DNA of 64,000 nucleotides from Stegostoma tigrinum (lineage: Eukaryota). The stretch spans positions 41,054,470 to 41,118,469 of the forward strand of contig NC_081359.1 in NCBI RefSeq assembly GCF_030684315.1, written 5' to 3'. How positions within the stretch are numbered: position 1 is the stretch's first letter; each line of letters begins with the position of its first letter. A model generated the notes under the pieces. The model saw nothing but the letters and a program-made list of their open reading frames with translations. It was not told the origin of the DNA and did not search any database. This document shows positions 10,990 through 24,524 of this stretch, one piece after another. The position numbers and the translations under genes are program-made.

Positions 10990-11086
10990 TCTGAGGAAGG
11001 GTCACCAGACCCGAAACATTAACTCTTTTTTTCCCCTCCACAGATGCTGCCAGACCTGCTGAGCTTTTCCAGCAACTTTGTTTTTG
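10990..11086 (+). mobile_element. Short Penelope pLTR insertion beginning at a hammerhead core
   Basis: CTGAGGA-a-GGGTC-acca-GACCC-GAAA-CATT-AAC; 14-bp direct repeat AACTTGTAGATGGT at 10976-10989 and 11087-11100. Confidence 0.85.
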
Positions 11087-11310
11087 AACTTGTAGATGGT
11101 GCCCATTGAAAAGACAGCACTTGATAACGGGGAAAGCAAATTTTCAAAAAGCAAGTGGCCAAACAAGTGCAGAATCCACTACAATTTCTAATTAAACTTT
11201 GATTTAAAGGTATTAAAAACACAGCTTTAAATATTGAGTTGAAGAAAAGCTTTTGTTGGACATTTCAAGTCCCAATGATTAGCCTGGCAAATCTCATTGG
11301 TAATTTATTC

Positions 11311-11463
11311 GTTACAGAGATAGTAGGAACTGCAGATGTTGGAGAATCTGAGATAACACGGTGTGAATCTGGATGAACACAGCAGGCCAAGCAGCATCAG
11401 GGGAGCAGGAAAGTTTGACATTTGGGGTCTGCTGTGTTCATTCAGATTCACACTGTGTTATCC
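11311..11463. mobile_element. Fold-back Penelope pLTR insertion
   Basis: GATAACACGGTGTGAATCTGGATGAACACAGCAG and its reverse complement at ~11429-11462; 13-bp direct repeat TGGTAATTTATTC at 11298-11310 and 11464-11476. Confidence 0.85.
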
Positions 11464-13316
11464 TGGTAATTTATTCATGTTCTGTAATGCAATATAGTTT
11501 TGAAATACAAAGTCAAGCAGGTTTTGTACAGGTGCAGTAGGCTGTGCAGTGCAGTCAAAGATATGATGATGTGGCTTCTCACCTAAATTAAAGAAGCAAA
11601 AATTGGAAAAACAAACCAATATTGAGTTATTTAAGTTGTTAAACCATTATTACTGGTTGACATTTATTTATATCTGAACTGCAAATGCATATTTTTGCAT
11701 TTTGTGCTTTTGCAAGTTATTCATAAATCTGTTAGCCCAGAATAAGGCAATATTTCAATACAACCAGAATAAAATGAAGTTAAATTAGTCAAGGGTGCAA
11801 TTATTTATTTCTTAGACAAGAGCTCTGCACTTAAGCCTCTCACGTAGTTCCTTTCTCTATGATTGAATCATATTATGAACTGTAAAAGAATAACTCTGTA
11901 TCTGACTGTGCCAATAGTCTTTTTTTTCTGTATTTTCACAATGAAATTGGCAATCAAATTGAAAGTATTGAAATTTTTCTCATCTATTTACATTGCAGCT
12001 ATACTGCCAAGACAGGCATGTTTGTCTTATTCAAACCATTGTCCTAAACAGTATGATCTATTGCTGAAATAATATAAATGATAAATATCAAGAGTTGCAG
12101 GGGTGGAGTTGTGTGGGCACAGGTTTGATTCCAATATGAAAGTCTTCAGTAAGTGTAATGCTATTCTAGCATATAAAAGTGCATGTTACCACAGAAGCTT
12201 AGAACCCTTGGAGATTTCATTGGCACCATTGACTGGATAAAGAGTGTGAATTGTATTATGCCAACAGCACAAAATTTGATCCCTGTTTCGGCTAGGGTAA
12301 GTTGGCATCTGCCTCTTTGCTCTATTTGTGGTAGAGATCATGGTGCTGCATGGTGGATCAGCCTTTGAGCAGAAAACAGAATAAAAAAGAATATTTTTTG
12401 CAAGTAGAAAGGAAAGGACGAAATTCTAATTTCCAGACTCAAATTTAAGTGAAAAATAAGCATAAAAGTCAACATACAAAACTATAAATTGAGGTTTATA
12501 ATCATGGCAACCACTGTGGTACATGTAGTGATTGCAACAAGGTCAGCTAGGCGGACTTCATTGAATAAGAGTTCCCTGATCAAGGAAGCCTGGCTGGCAA
12601 ATAAAAATGGGAGTGTCAGATATCCTGTTCATTCTGACAGCTGGCTTATGTGAGAGGTGGAACAGTGTCAAGGACTCTCCTTATGTAAGTAAAGGGCATC
12701 TTGGTGATTGGATACTGGCCTCTATAGAGTTATTTCAGTGATCACAAAAGAAAAGCACACTTCTGAAGAAATTCAATCACAAGTGGACATCTTTGAGTTG
12801 GAGTAAGCATTTCTGGCATCATGTCATTATTTCAGAAGCTTAATTCGTTTGATTCAGCCATTGAAGATGGGGTCCACTATTTGGAAAGAATGCATTATTT
12901 TTTTCTAGGCCAATGACAGCTTTGGACCCATTGCTTTTTTTGGTTATTTGGAGCCTGACCTTTCCTCAGGCATCAGACACGAAAACCTTTCAAAAGTTGG
13001 TGCGTTTAGTTAAGGAATATTATGACTCCAAGCGTGCTCTAATTAAGAGATGCTGTCAGTTTTGCTTGGCAATTCAAGAACCAGAGAAACCTATATCACA
13101 ATATTTGACTAGATTAAGAAAGCTAGCAGAGGAACATGACTTTGGTTTAACCTGTAATGAGATACTAAGAGACCATTTGATATGTGGGATTAATGATGCA
13201 ACTATGTAAAAGCTCTGGGCTTCAAACTACAGCTGGCTTTATCATTGGAAAATGCAGCAAGTATAGCAAAAATTTGTAGGATATTCCAATAGAAGTTGAC
13301 ATTTTTGGCCACCCTA

Positions 13317-13810
13317 CTATAGAATGGATATTACTAAACTAGAAAGAGTACAGAAAAGATTTACTAGGATGCTACTCAGACTGGATGGCTTGTGTTATAA
13401 GGAAAGGTTGGATAGGATGGGATTTATTTTCCTGAGCATAGGAGACTGAGGATTGACCTTATAGAATCATGACAGGCATGGATAAGGTAGATAGTGGACA
13501 GCTTTACCTCAAGGTAAGGGGGTTTAAAACTAGAGGGCATAGGTTTCAAGTGAGAGGGGAGAGACACGACAGGGTCCAGAGAGGCAATTGTTTAACTCAG
13601 AGGGAGGTGAGTACCCGGAATGGGCTGCCAGAGGTCGTGGTGGAGGCGAATACCATTTCTTCATTTAAGAAACATTTGGACAGGTACGTGGATGGGCTTG
13701 CTATGGAGGGATATGGACCAAACACAGGCAAATGGGGCTAGTTTAGTCTAAGCAGCAAGGGCAAGCTGGTCTGAAGGGCCTGCCTTCATGCTGTAGACCT
13801 CTATGATTCT
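13317..13810 (+). mobile_element. CR1-type LINE 3' fragment nested in the Gypsy element
   Basis: LERVQKRFTRML-like codons and KTRGHRF motif; CTCTATGATTCTA tail. Confidence 0.88.
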
Positions 13811-14045
13811 ACCATTCCACGGACATTCTCACCAGTCAGACTGAGCTTGGGGAACACTACTTGAATAAAGGCAATTGGATAGCTTCACCGAGGATATATC
13901 CTGAACGGAGGGACAGAACGTCAGCCCACAGCAAAATCCCAAAACAAAGAGAAGCTTTGACCAAACGGTTAAAATTTTCTTCAGGTTCTGGGCTGGGCAA
14001 GTCATTATAGTCGCTGCTGGTATGAGGACTTGAGATAGCGAGAGT

Positions 14046-14668
14046 CATAGAAACATAAAAACATAGAAGATAGGAGCAGGAGGAGGCCATTCGGCCCTGT
14101 GAGCCTGCTCTGCTATTCTTCACAATCATGGCTGATCGTCCAACTCAAAAGCCTAATCCTGCTTTCTCTCCATAATCTTTGATCCCATTCACTCCAAGTG
14201 CTATATCGAGACACCTCTTGAATACATTCAATGTTTTGGTATTAACTATTTCCTGTGGTAATGAATTCCACAGGCTCGCTACTCTTTGGGTGAAGAAATG
14301 TCTCCTCATCTCCGTCCTCAATCATCTACCCCGAATCCTCATACTGTGACCCCTGGTTCTGGACACACCCACCATTGGGAACATCCTCTCTGCATCTAAT
14401 ACTGTCCAGTCCCATTAGAATTTTATAAGCCTCTATGAGATTCCCCCTCATTCGTCTGAACTCCAGTGAAAACAATCCCAACCTAGTCAATCTCTGCTCC
14501 AAAGTCAGACCCGCCATCCCCGGAATTAGCCTGGTAAACCTTCGCTGCTCTCCCTTGAGAGCAGGAGCATCCTTCATCAGAAAAGGAAACCAAAACCGTA
14601 CACAATATTGCAGGTGTGGTCCCACCAGTGCCCTGTACAACTACAACAATACATCCCTGCTTCTGCAC
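14046..14668 (-). mobile_element. CR1-type LINE 3' fragment nested in the Gypsy element
   Basis: ORF 14326-14640 YRALVGPHLQYCVRFW...QRRFTRLIPGM; (CATAGAAA)n tail at 14046-14068. Confidence 0.9.
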
Positions 14669-14734
14669 TCAAAACATAAATGGAGTAAAAGAGCTTATAG
14701 GCTGATATCCAGGAGACTGCGCAATCTGGAATTT

Positions 14735-14952
14735 ACACAGATAACACAGTGTGGAACTGGAGAAACACAGCAGGAGGGGAGCATCAGAGGAGCAGGAAAG
14801 CTCATGTTTCAGGGGACCCCATCTTTGAAGAAGGGTCCCGACCCAACATGTCAGCTTTCCTGCTCCTCTGATGCTGTATGGCCTTCTGTGTTCCTCCAGC
14901 TCCACACTATGTTATCTCTGACTCCAGCGTCGGGCAGTTCTTACTATCTCTG
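14735..14952. mobile_element. Fold-back Penelope pLTR element
   Basis: Inverted arms meet at ~14822, beside TGAAGAAGGGTCCCGACCC; ends in ACTATCTCT like other copies. Confidence 0.8.
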
Positions 14953-17146
14953 GAAATCACAGATACATTTGGTTTGAAATAGTTAAATTTCTTAGCAACA
15001 TCTAAATCAGAAGCAATCAAATTAAACATCAGGTTAAATGGTCACTCAGTTCTAATAGAGGCTGATACCAACCCAGTTGTTTTAGTGATAGAAAATCAGT
15101 CTTTAACAAAATCCGCTCTGGACTCCAGCCTTTCAGCTTGTGCAAGACTTCAGCCAGACTGAGAACCTTTACTCAGGAACCTTTACAGATTAAGAGTACA
15201 ACTTCAGTTCTGGTCTCTTATGAAAATCAACTGGTTTAGTTCCCAATGATGGGGATCATATTTGGAGTCAGGAAGTTCCACCAATATCTTTATGGATGTA
15301 AATTTGTAATAATAATAGACTACAAACCCCTACTAGGTCTACTCAAAGCAGACCAGGCAGTGCCATGCATAGCTTCAGGCCAAATTCAGCCGCGGGTTCT
15401 AAAATTAAGTGCATACAATTACAAAATAAAAACGAAAAGTTCTAAGAAAGGGTCACCAGACCCAAAATGTTAACTCTGATTTCGCTTCACAGATGCTGCC
15501 AGACCTGCCAAGAGGCCAAGTAGCAAATATGGGTGCAATGATCTGCCTCTCACTAGCAGACACGCCACTGGTGGTACTGTCACCGGAAAAGCACGTTATG
15601 GTGCTTAAGTTTCTGGACATGTTTCCAGTCACAGCTGACAATATTGGATTTTGTAAGCAGAAAGATCCAGCCCTGCCAAAACTGAAACAGCTGGTGGTGA
15701 TGGAGAAAACCAAAGGGCCATGACAACCAGAATTGAAATCTTTTTAGATCTGGAGAGACCAGATCACAGTAGAGGATGGCACATTATTATGGAGAGCTAC
15801 AGTGATTGTCCCAAGCAAAGGTAGCTGCCAGATACTGGCTGAACTCCACTACGGTCATCCAGGGAATTTGAAAGTGAAGATGTTGGTGAGAAGGTATGTC
15901 TGGTTGCCAAGACTGGTTGTCAACATAGCCATGTTGGTGGGACAGTGTCCACAGTGCAACAAGGACAAAAATTACTGCTAGCAATTCCCCCATAATCGTA
16001 GGAAACGTTGGATGATTCTTGGACTGGGTTACACATCGGCTATGCGAGTCCTTCCCTGGGCTCAATGTACTTAGTCATTGCGGTCGCTCCCGCAAGGTGG
16101 CTGGACAAGAATAGAGTTCATTTATCAACTATGCGGGGGGAGGCCAATAATGGAAAACTGCATGCATGTTTTGCAATACACGAACCCCAAGACCTGTTCG
16201 TCACAGATAACATACAATTGCTTACCAGCTGGTAATTTAATTATTTCTTAAAGTCAAATGAGATTCAATATATAAGGACATCCAATCATCCAATGGCCTG
16301 GCATAAAAATGCAGTCCAAACTTTGAAGGCAGATATAAAGTAACAGCCGCTACTTCACTCGACACCAAACTGTCCCGATTCAAATTTGATGATAGGACCA
16401 CCCCTCATGCAATGACAGGAATAGCCCCAGCAAAGTTTCAAACTTGGAGAAGACTCCTTACTGGGTTAAATCTGATCGGCTCTGAGGGTGAAAGGTGAAA
16501 TGGAATCAGGAATGCCAATGCCAGACACAAGATTCCGCTAAGTGAATAGATAGCTTACTTCAGAGGATGAAGTCTAGTGTAGTAACCATGGAATGACCCT
16601 ACATGGATAAGAGGCACAGCTGATGTGAGTTCAGGTCCGGTGACATATAAAGTTCAGGTAGGTTCGACTGCCCTGAACAAGTACTTGGGCTACATGAAAG
16701 CTGCAAACTCGTAAACATGCGGGAGCACAATATGCCCAGCTCCTCGACAGTCTTTTCAACTGTTCCAGAACCTGTCAGTTCTCCCACTCTAACAAATATT
16801 AACAATACCTCAGAATCTGAGATGGAAATGGCAGATGTCACAATCTCAAAGACTATGCCACCTGAAGAAGGGAATTAATTCCTCTGAGATGTGCCAGACG
16901 CAAGAGGTGAGCTACTGTGTGTTACATGTTGCCTGTATCAGAGACTGAGTTGCAGGAACCTGTACTAAAACACCCAGGAGGAACTACCAAAATAAGAACA
17001 GGCCTTCGTCCTCTGATTCAGAGAGTGGCATGTAATGATTGTAATGAGATCAGCCAGTGGACCTCATGGAATATGGACATCATGTTCTGTAACTTGGGCT
17101 GTTAATCACATCCTATCAGCCCTGGCTGACAGATAAGAATAAGGGT

Positions 17147-17540
17147 GCCTCCGTGGTTACTTTCGAGCCTGGATGTCATTGGAGAGGGAGCACACAGTGT
17201 CCACCAATATTCTTGATGCCCTTAGGTGAGAAGTGAGCACCTTGGAGGATGGAATGCTTTATTTCCTCCTCCAACTCTATTTTCATTTAGACCATCTCTT
17301 TCTCCCTATCCATCACACTGCCCCCCACCTTCCACTTTTTGATGTAAGCATTGTCCTTCTTAGGCTTTGCTTGTTAGTGTTTCACTGGCCATATAGGTAT
17401 TTTTTTTCCCGGTGGTGGAAAATGTAGAATAAAGTCTTTGCACAGGGGCGTCTTTTGATTGTGTCATTATACCTATGCACACAGCCACAGGTAGTTTGAA
17501 GAAAATGTAAGCCTTATTAATGGGAAAACAAAAAAAAAAG
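17147..17540 (+). mobile_element. Tx1/L1-clade LINE 3' fragment inserted in the Gypsy 3' LTR
   Basis: Codons resembling SLEREHTVSTN...W of Tx1-like C-termini, AATAAA at ~17428, A-rich tail at 17524-17539. Confidence 0.6.
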
Positions 17541-17564
17541 AGTTGCAGAGATTTGTATGAGGAT

Positions 17565-17658
17565 TTTCCAAAGAAGGGTCTCGGCCCGAAATGTCAGCCT
17601 TCCTGCTCCTATGATGCTGCTCCTGCTGTGTTCATCCAGCTCTACACCTTGTTATCTA
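17565..17658 (+). mobile_element. Short Penelope pLTR fragment
   Basis: AAGAAGGGTCTCGGCCCGAAATGTCAGC...CTGCTGTGTTCATCCAGC matches the array-related family. Confidence 0.8.
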
Positions 17659-17974
17659 GGAGGATAGACATGCTGTTCACTCTCAGACCTGGCTCATGAG
17701 AGAGATAAATCAGTCAGGGACCCACCACGTGTTAATACAGTGCGACTTAGTGATGGGATACAGGCTTCTGTGGAGTTGCTACAGTACAATGAGTAATACC
17801 AATCTTCCTTGCCACTCCCTGGAGTATTTTTGCCTGTTGGTTACTTCATTCACCAAGTGATTGAGTCTAAAGCCAAAAGACACACAAATAATTGGTAGGG
17901 ATCTCATTCAAGAAATGCAAGCAGTTGTTTTTTCCAAGGAATCTCTTAGATATTTTGAAATAAAACAGGTTTTC

Positions 17975-18270
17975 TTTAATATTTCATGGGATATGGGCAT
18001 CATTGGCAAGACCAGCTTTTGTTACCCATCCTTAATTGCCCTTGAAATGACTGGTTATGAACTTGGTTGACTATTTTAGAGGAGCAAAAAGTCAACTACA
18101 TTTCTGCAAATTTACAGTCACATATAGATCAGACCCCAGGTAAGGTTGGTGGATTTCCTTCCCTAAAGGTCATCAGTCAATGAGAGGTGTTTTTATGACA
18201 ATCAACAGTAGCTTCAAGGTCAAAATTGCTGAGACTAGCTTTTAATTCCAGACTTCTTAAATGAATCTAA
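17975..18270 (-). mobile_element. tRNA-derived SINE, second family (other copies 39340-39610 +, 44170-44515 -, 52935-53250 -)
   Basis: Shared CAGACC..GGTAAGG..GG..TTTCCTTCCCTAAAGG...CAG(T)GAACCAGATG body in four places; tRNA-like head visible at 44430-44510. Confidence 0.7.
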
Positions 18271-19849
18271 CAATCGATCTATGTTTTTAGTCATACAAAT
18301 CTTCGACATATTTGTACAACAGTACAACAATGCAGTATTGCTCTTACTGGGCAGCAATATCCAGTGATGCTACATAATGGAAGACTTCTGTTGAACTTAG
18401 AAAGCCTTCGACGACTGCAGATCGCATTCAAGTGGAGATAGTAAATGTCCTGGCAGACATTAAAGTAAATGCTTTTAATTCATACTTGCAATGTAATTTT
18501 TTAATAAATTTACAACATGTATATGAAAGTGGTATTAATTTCTACATTTAGGAAACTGGCCACAAATGTGTACCTTTTTGTTCATAAATAATTTATAAAA
18601 TAACAATCTGCCATTCATAAATAGAACTTTATAATTACAGTGACGCATGTGTTGGAATGTAAACTAATCTTTGTGCTCTTAAAATAATTGTTTGAAATAC
18701 CATTTTCTTGCGTACAATCTCCACTCTACTTTTCTGGCAAAGAGTGCCATCTAATGTCCATTTAAAAAAGTATTGAAGGTTTCCTTTTACATGCCAAGTT
18801 ACCCATTCTCAACAAAGAGCACAGATAAGTGCCCTATAGTGAGGTCTTTGAAACAAGACAAAAGGTCATGAAAAGCTTTGCAATGTGTGGCTGGCACGTC
18901 TAAATTATAATTACAACTGTATATGTCAAGAATCATAAGCAATACCTACAATCATCAGACAAAGCTTTTAAAACTGCAGTAGTAGAATGAAAATATAGCT
19001 TATAGATGTAGCACATTTTAAATAAAATCGGATTCAGTGCAGCGTATCAACTTATCGTTATTGGTGTATGAATAATTTTCAGGAAAGAGGTGAAATTTCC
19101 AAGGATATATATTGTTATCATCTAGTAATGTCTGGCAGGGGTGCCTGAGACCAAATAGTAGAAGGCAATGGTTGTACGTTTATTATGGGTTAATTGGGTT
19201 AAAATTGAGTGTGTATATGGGGAACAAGTAATCAGTGTATGAGACTTCAATGATGTGCGAGCTGAAATAAAATTCTGATTAGAAAAATAGACGATCAGAT
19301 TCTATACATGATCAGAGTATTTTAAATTCTTGTATTTAACATCTATGGGTTTTCTCTTTTTGGGTCCTGGAGGGTTTAGTTATCTATCATTTGCACTTCC
19401 TGTTTTTAATATCTTTTGTTTGTTTCTCTGTGCCACTGAGATATTTGCTCTGAATAATTTCATTGTTTTGTTTTGTCTTTTAATGGTTTGTTTTTGTCCC
19501 ATTTTATTTGGACCAGGTGAAGATGGATGAATCAGCATTCATCTTTTGACTCCCGCAGCTGCAAAAGAATGATTTCGTAAGATTTCCTCTTAGCACAAAG
19601 CTACCACACTTCAATTAAAGTCATGTACCAGTTCCAAATTAAGGTGAAATTATAAAGGTTTTCTTGAATGAAAGAAAGGCAAATTGCTTACTAATCATGA
19701 TAAAAATAATAAAACACAACACCACTCTCTCCATGACAAGCACATACCTAGCTAGAAACTCTACCTGAGAAAGACACGCCCACCGTAGACCTATACTAAA
19801 TTTCTCATGTGATTCTCACGCTGCTCAAAACTGTTATATTTTATGCTCT

Positions 19850-19871
19850 CACACACACACACACACACACA
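19850..19871. repeat. (CA)n microsatellite
   Basis: About 11 CA units visible. Confidence 0.9.
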
Positions 19872-20049
19872 TTTATGGAACTTCGTCCTCAAGTGTGTCT
19901 TTAATTGTCCACCACCATTCACAACCGGATGTGACGGAACTGCAGAGCATAAATCTGATCCATTGGTAATGGGATTGCTTAGATCTGTCTATCACTTACT
20001 GCTTATTCCATTTGGCATACAAGTAGTCCTGTTTGGTGGCTTCACTTCA

Positions 20050-20990
20050 TTTTCAGGTATGGCTGGTGCTACTCCTGGCATGCCCTCCTGCATTCTCCAA
20101 TGCACCTAAGTTAATCCCTTTACTTGGTGATCGTGGCTGAGCGAGGATATACTGGGCCATGAGATTACAATTTGTGCTGGAGTACAATTCTGCAGATGTT
20201 GATGCCCACAACACCTTGTGGATGTCCAGTCTTGAGTTGTTAGATCTGTTTGAAGTCTGTCTCATTTAGTAAAGTGAGTGCCACACAACTCAATGGAAAG
20301 TATTCTCAATGTGAAGGCAGAATTTAGTTTCCACAAGGATTGTGCCAAGGTCACTTACTGATACTGACATGAACAGATGAATCTGCAGCCGGCAGATTGG
20401 CAAGGACGAGGTCAAGTATGTTCTTTTCCATTTGTGGGGGCCCTTGCCCCATGCCACAGATCCAGTCTAGCAGCTATGCCCTTTAGGATCTGGCCACCTT
20501 GATCGAGAGCATTATCCAAGTTACTCTTGGTGGCAGACATTGAAATACCCCACCCAGAGTATATTTTGTGTCCTTGCCAATCTCAGTGCTTCCTCCAATT
20601 GTTGTTCAACATGCAGGAGTAAGGATTCAGCTGTGGAACAAAGATAGTACATGGCAATCAGTATGTAGTTCCTTTAAGCTGAAACAATGACACTTCATGA
20701 GGTCCAGTATCAGTGTTGAGGGCTGCCAGAGCCAACTTCATTCTGATTTAAATTGCTGTGCTACCACCACTACTGGATCTGTCCTGCTAGAGGAATAGAA
20801 CATGTCTTGGAATGACGATTGTATCTGGGATATTTTCTGTGCAGTATGATTCTGTGAGAATGATTATGTCAGGCTGTTGCTTGGCTAGTCTGTGAGCCAT
20901 GCTTCCATTTTTTGACAGTTGCAGTCAGATTTTTCCTGCCATTGCCTTTCCCAATGCTTAGGTAGATGCTAGATGGTCCATCTGGTTTCA
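20050..20990 (-). mobile_element. Decayed LINE internal fragment (related pieces ~6600-6970 and ~41700-42590)
   Basis: Degenerate endonuclease-region-like codons without an intact frame; family not resolved. Confidence 0.5.
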
Positions 20991-21509
20991 GGGTGCTAAC
21001 TTCCTTGTGTCTGCAGCAAATATCAGAAGCTGTGCAACAGTGCAATTGATAAGGCTTTCATGGGTACTCAATGGGCTTTTAAAGGTGGTGCAGGCAATAC
21101 TGGCAAGTCATGTGATGTGCACTGAATGCTAAAGTGTTCTGAAGATGGTGTAGTAAGATAGAGTAGAAATTAGATATAATAGAAGCAGAGTAGATAATTA
21201 CTGAGGTGACTTTGGTAAGAAAGGACAAGTTGTCATTAGACTGCACTGTGATAAACTCTTCAAGAAACCTGAAATGGTTGGGACTTAGTGTATTCGTCCA
21301 TTGCATTAAGCTCAGTTCAGTTCAGGGTTGGTCTTCTATACTGCTGTTTATGAACTGGCTCAACCTGGGGCTGGGTAATCACTAACATTAAATCAGTGTT
21401 TTCCCCTTTCTTTAAAGGAATATTTTACTTCATTAAAAAAGGGTCAGGTATTAAAATCAAATGTCAAAAGTCATATTGATTTTGTTTTAAAAGCTATATT
21501 GATTTAAAA

Positions 21510-21840
21510 CTGACTTGACTGAAGTGTACATAATCCTAAATGATACTGACAGGATAGATGTGGAAATGATGTTTCCTACTATGGGTTTTTTTAAAGACAG
21601 ATTATGGGGAAGAATAAGTTTCAGAGGTTATACAACATTGAAAACTCTTGTACCTCAGGCAGTGGAAGTGGGATCAGTGAATATTTTTGTATATTGATTC
21701 CACTGCCTAAATAAGAATCTCAGGTTATCCAGAACAGGGGGTAAAATTGGAATCTGAAAACAAACAGATCAGCCATGATCTTATTGAATAGCAGAGCAGG
21801 TTTGAGCTCCTGAATGACCTATTCTGGTTTTTAATTCATA
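21510..21840 (+). mobile_element. Old CR1-type LINE 3' fragment
   Basis: TEVYIILNDTDRIDVEMMFP resembles the CR1 RT C-terminus; GATCAGCCATGATCTTATTGAAT 3' UTR motif. Confidence 0.7.
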
Positions 21841-24524
21841 GGTTAATTAAAATTCAACCATAGCATTTCACTCAACCACTAAATTGTGAACAGTTTGGCT
21901 TGACCTTTGGCCACTAATTCCATTCTTTTCACATTTGACCCAAGATACAGAGCTAGTAATGAGGTAAGTAACTGACTTTTATCTTGCCACTACTTCACTG
22001 AATGAAATTGCAGTTCATGCAAGACTGGATGTCAATGTACAAGTCTACCAGCACGCTGTGACAATATGGCAAATATCATCAGTTTATATAGTGTAAACTG
22101 ACCTCGTTTCTTCAGATAAAATTGCTTTGAGAAATACATAAATGAGGAAGCAGAAGGCCAAGGACACAACCCTGAGGGTCTCTACAACCTATGGTATGTG
22201 AAAGAAAGTAACAGGGAAAAAAATAGCTTTTGCTGGAGACACTGCAGTTATGGAGAAGATTTAAAAAAGTGAAAAAACCAATTCCACCCAGCTGAAAAAA
22301 AGAGAGGAAAGGTTTTGTCGGAAAGCTAGGCTGCAGTAAAATTTAGAGCAATGAGGAATAATAGTGGAGTAAGGTAACATTCAAAGATTAAATTTAAAAT
22401 TTCATTTGAGGGATGTCAGCACTGATATTAACTTCATTGTTTACTGCTTTCGACTTCATTGATTAGCAAAATTCAACTGTAAATCTACAGGACAAATTCA
22501 GCACCTAAGTGGAAGTAGAACCACAAGAATATTGGGCACAAGTTTGCTGCAAGACATTGAAAGGGCAGGAAAGCAAAGTTTGAGCTGGAACAGTATTTTG
22601 CAAGTTCACACTATCAAGGATGAATTTTTGAATAAGTTTTGATGATTTATTTTTGTAAGTGAAGCAAACAAGCTAATGTGGAGTCTAGGAAGAGAAATGA
22701 GGTGATCAGTGGTTTATGTGCGGCAGGAGGTGGATAGTGTGGAAGACAAGCTCAGAGAAACATAACTAAAAGATAGGAAGAGAACCTTAAATCGGGCTCT
22801 GATAGTACTAAAGCAGGGACATTGGACAAGGAGAGTCGAGGCCAAAGCAAAAGAGTGGTTTAGTCTCAAATCTTGCCACCAAAAAAAAGCATTTTGTATT
22901 TGAGAGACAGAGAAAACAAAAACAAAAAGGAAAAACAAAATTTTGATACTATAAACAGAAAATAACCTAAGGGCTGTCTTTGCTCTCAAAGATGCTCTCC
23001 AAGTTGATCCTAGAACTGAACAATTTTGGCAAAAGGAAGTAAGGCCTGATAATTCTTGGTGATGAAACTAAATCAGAACCAAACATGCCAATTAAATTTG
23101 ATAGTGGAATGTTTGGATGTGATTCAGTTAATTCTGATTTAATTTCCAGCAACTGGATCCAAAACATACCTACAATGATACAGGTATTCATTCTTCTATT
23201 GAAACTATAAGTACCTCATTTAGCACTGTTATGATGGAGTTTCATTTTGTTCTGACACGCACTGCATTGTATGATAATTCATGTCTGCAATTAAACAAAA
23301 ATTTTCTAACTGCCACATTCAGCTGAAAATCGTATTAACAGTTGAATGAAAGGGAAGCTTATTTATTGTTGTCCTTCTGAAGTTATATTCACAATAAAGT
23401 ATGGAAGATGCTTTCACATTTGAGCCAAACAATTGAAGATTGTTTGGTCATTCTGTATTTAGTGTTCCAAATCATGCCCAACTCAAGTTAGAATACAAGA
23501 AGCTATGTTCACATGAAACTGTACAGTTCACAATAACTAACATGAAACAAGTCAAATGATTTTAACCAATGAATTGGGTTGCTTATTGCCCAAAAACCGT
23601 GACAAATACAATGTTAGCACTATTGGATCAAGTTTCTACTTGCCATTAGTGTTTGGCAAATCAGGTCTTAAGACAAACTATATTTGAATGTCAACAATGT
23701 CCTTTCATTATTTTTTTAAATAAAAAATTGAATTCCATCCTTGATGTACATTAACAATGTTACTGTCTATCTTCAGGAACAAATTACTGACATTTTAACA
23801 GTATTTGCAGCCATTTTCTTACCTCAAGGTAATTCAAATATCTTTTCCAGTTTAAATAAACATCTTATGTTTCTTATCCCTACTTGAAATAATTTGGTAA
23901 AACTATAATCTAAATTTTTCAGTCCATGGCCATTCACTAAAACAGAGCTGGACTCCACAGTAGCTAACTCCAGAAATAAAAGATTTCCACTTTTTAAAAC
24001 CACGCACAGAACAACCTTTTATAGTACTGTGCACACATAGGAGGCCTGCTAGAAATCTGATGCTCAAATGGATCAGAGCATAATAATTGATTTTTTTAAA
24101 AAATACATGGGGAATCAACAGTGAACATCTTAATTCAACTTGGCATGTTGAAAGGTGGAATCAAGAGGCTGTGAATCTTGTTAGCCAAACAGAACACCAG
24201 ACAAAATATGGATAATCACTCTAATAGAGGATACTCTGTGCTTTGATGATGCCATCAATTGTCCATCTGTGTCACCTTATGTGCTACTTTAATGTAAAAT
24301 TAACTTTTTTGGCTTCCTTTCACATATGGCTATACAAGTATCAATGTCAATAAAAATAATGGCACTAACCTGAGAATAACTGTTTTATTTTGGAAAATAA
24401 CAAGTCATCTCAGGTTATTTCTAGATCTCAAATCTATAATCTCCTGTGGCAGTGTAATGTTGCTGGGGGATTACAACAAAGGTAAAGGGTGGTCAGCAAA
24501 AAGACGTCAACAAATCTACATGCT

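Larger units (their letters stand above)
12524..17783 (+). mobile_element. Decayed Ty3/Gypsy LTR retrotransposon with both LTRs, apparent RT deletion and nested insertions
   Basis: 5' LTR 12524-12737 (TGT...TCA); 3' LTR 17031-17783 (TGT...ACA, interrupted); GTACA direct repeat at 12519-12523 and 17784-17788. Gag-like LTRLRKLAEEHDFG...LRDHLICGIND, protease-like ~15020-15080, RNase H IFGVRKFHQYLYG, integrase remnants ~15780-16450. Confidence 0.88.

Noticed and set aside
14435-14977. 180-aa plus-strand ORF
   Set aside because: Antisense to a CR1 fragment and crosses into a Penelope fold-back.
22960-23191. Protein-like short frames on both strands
   Set aside because: No recognisable homology, weak splice signals, and length expected by chance.
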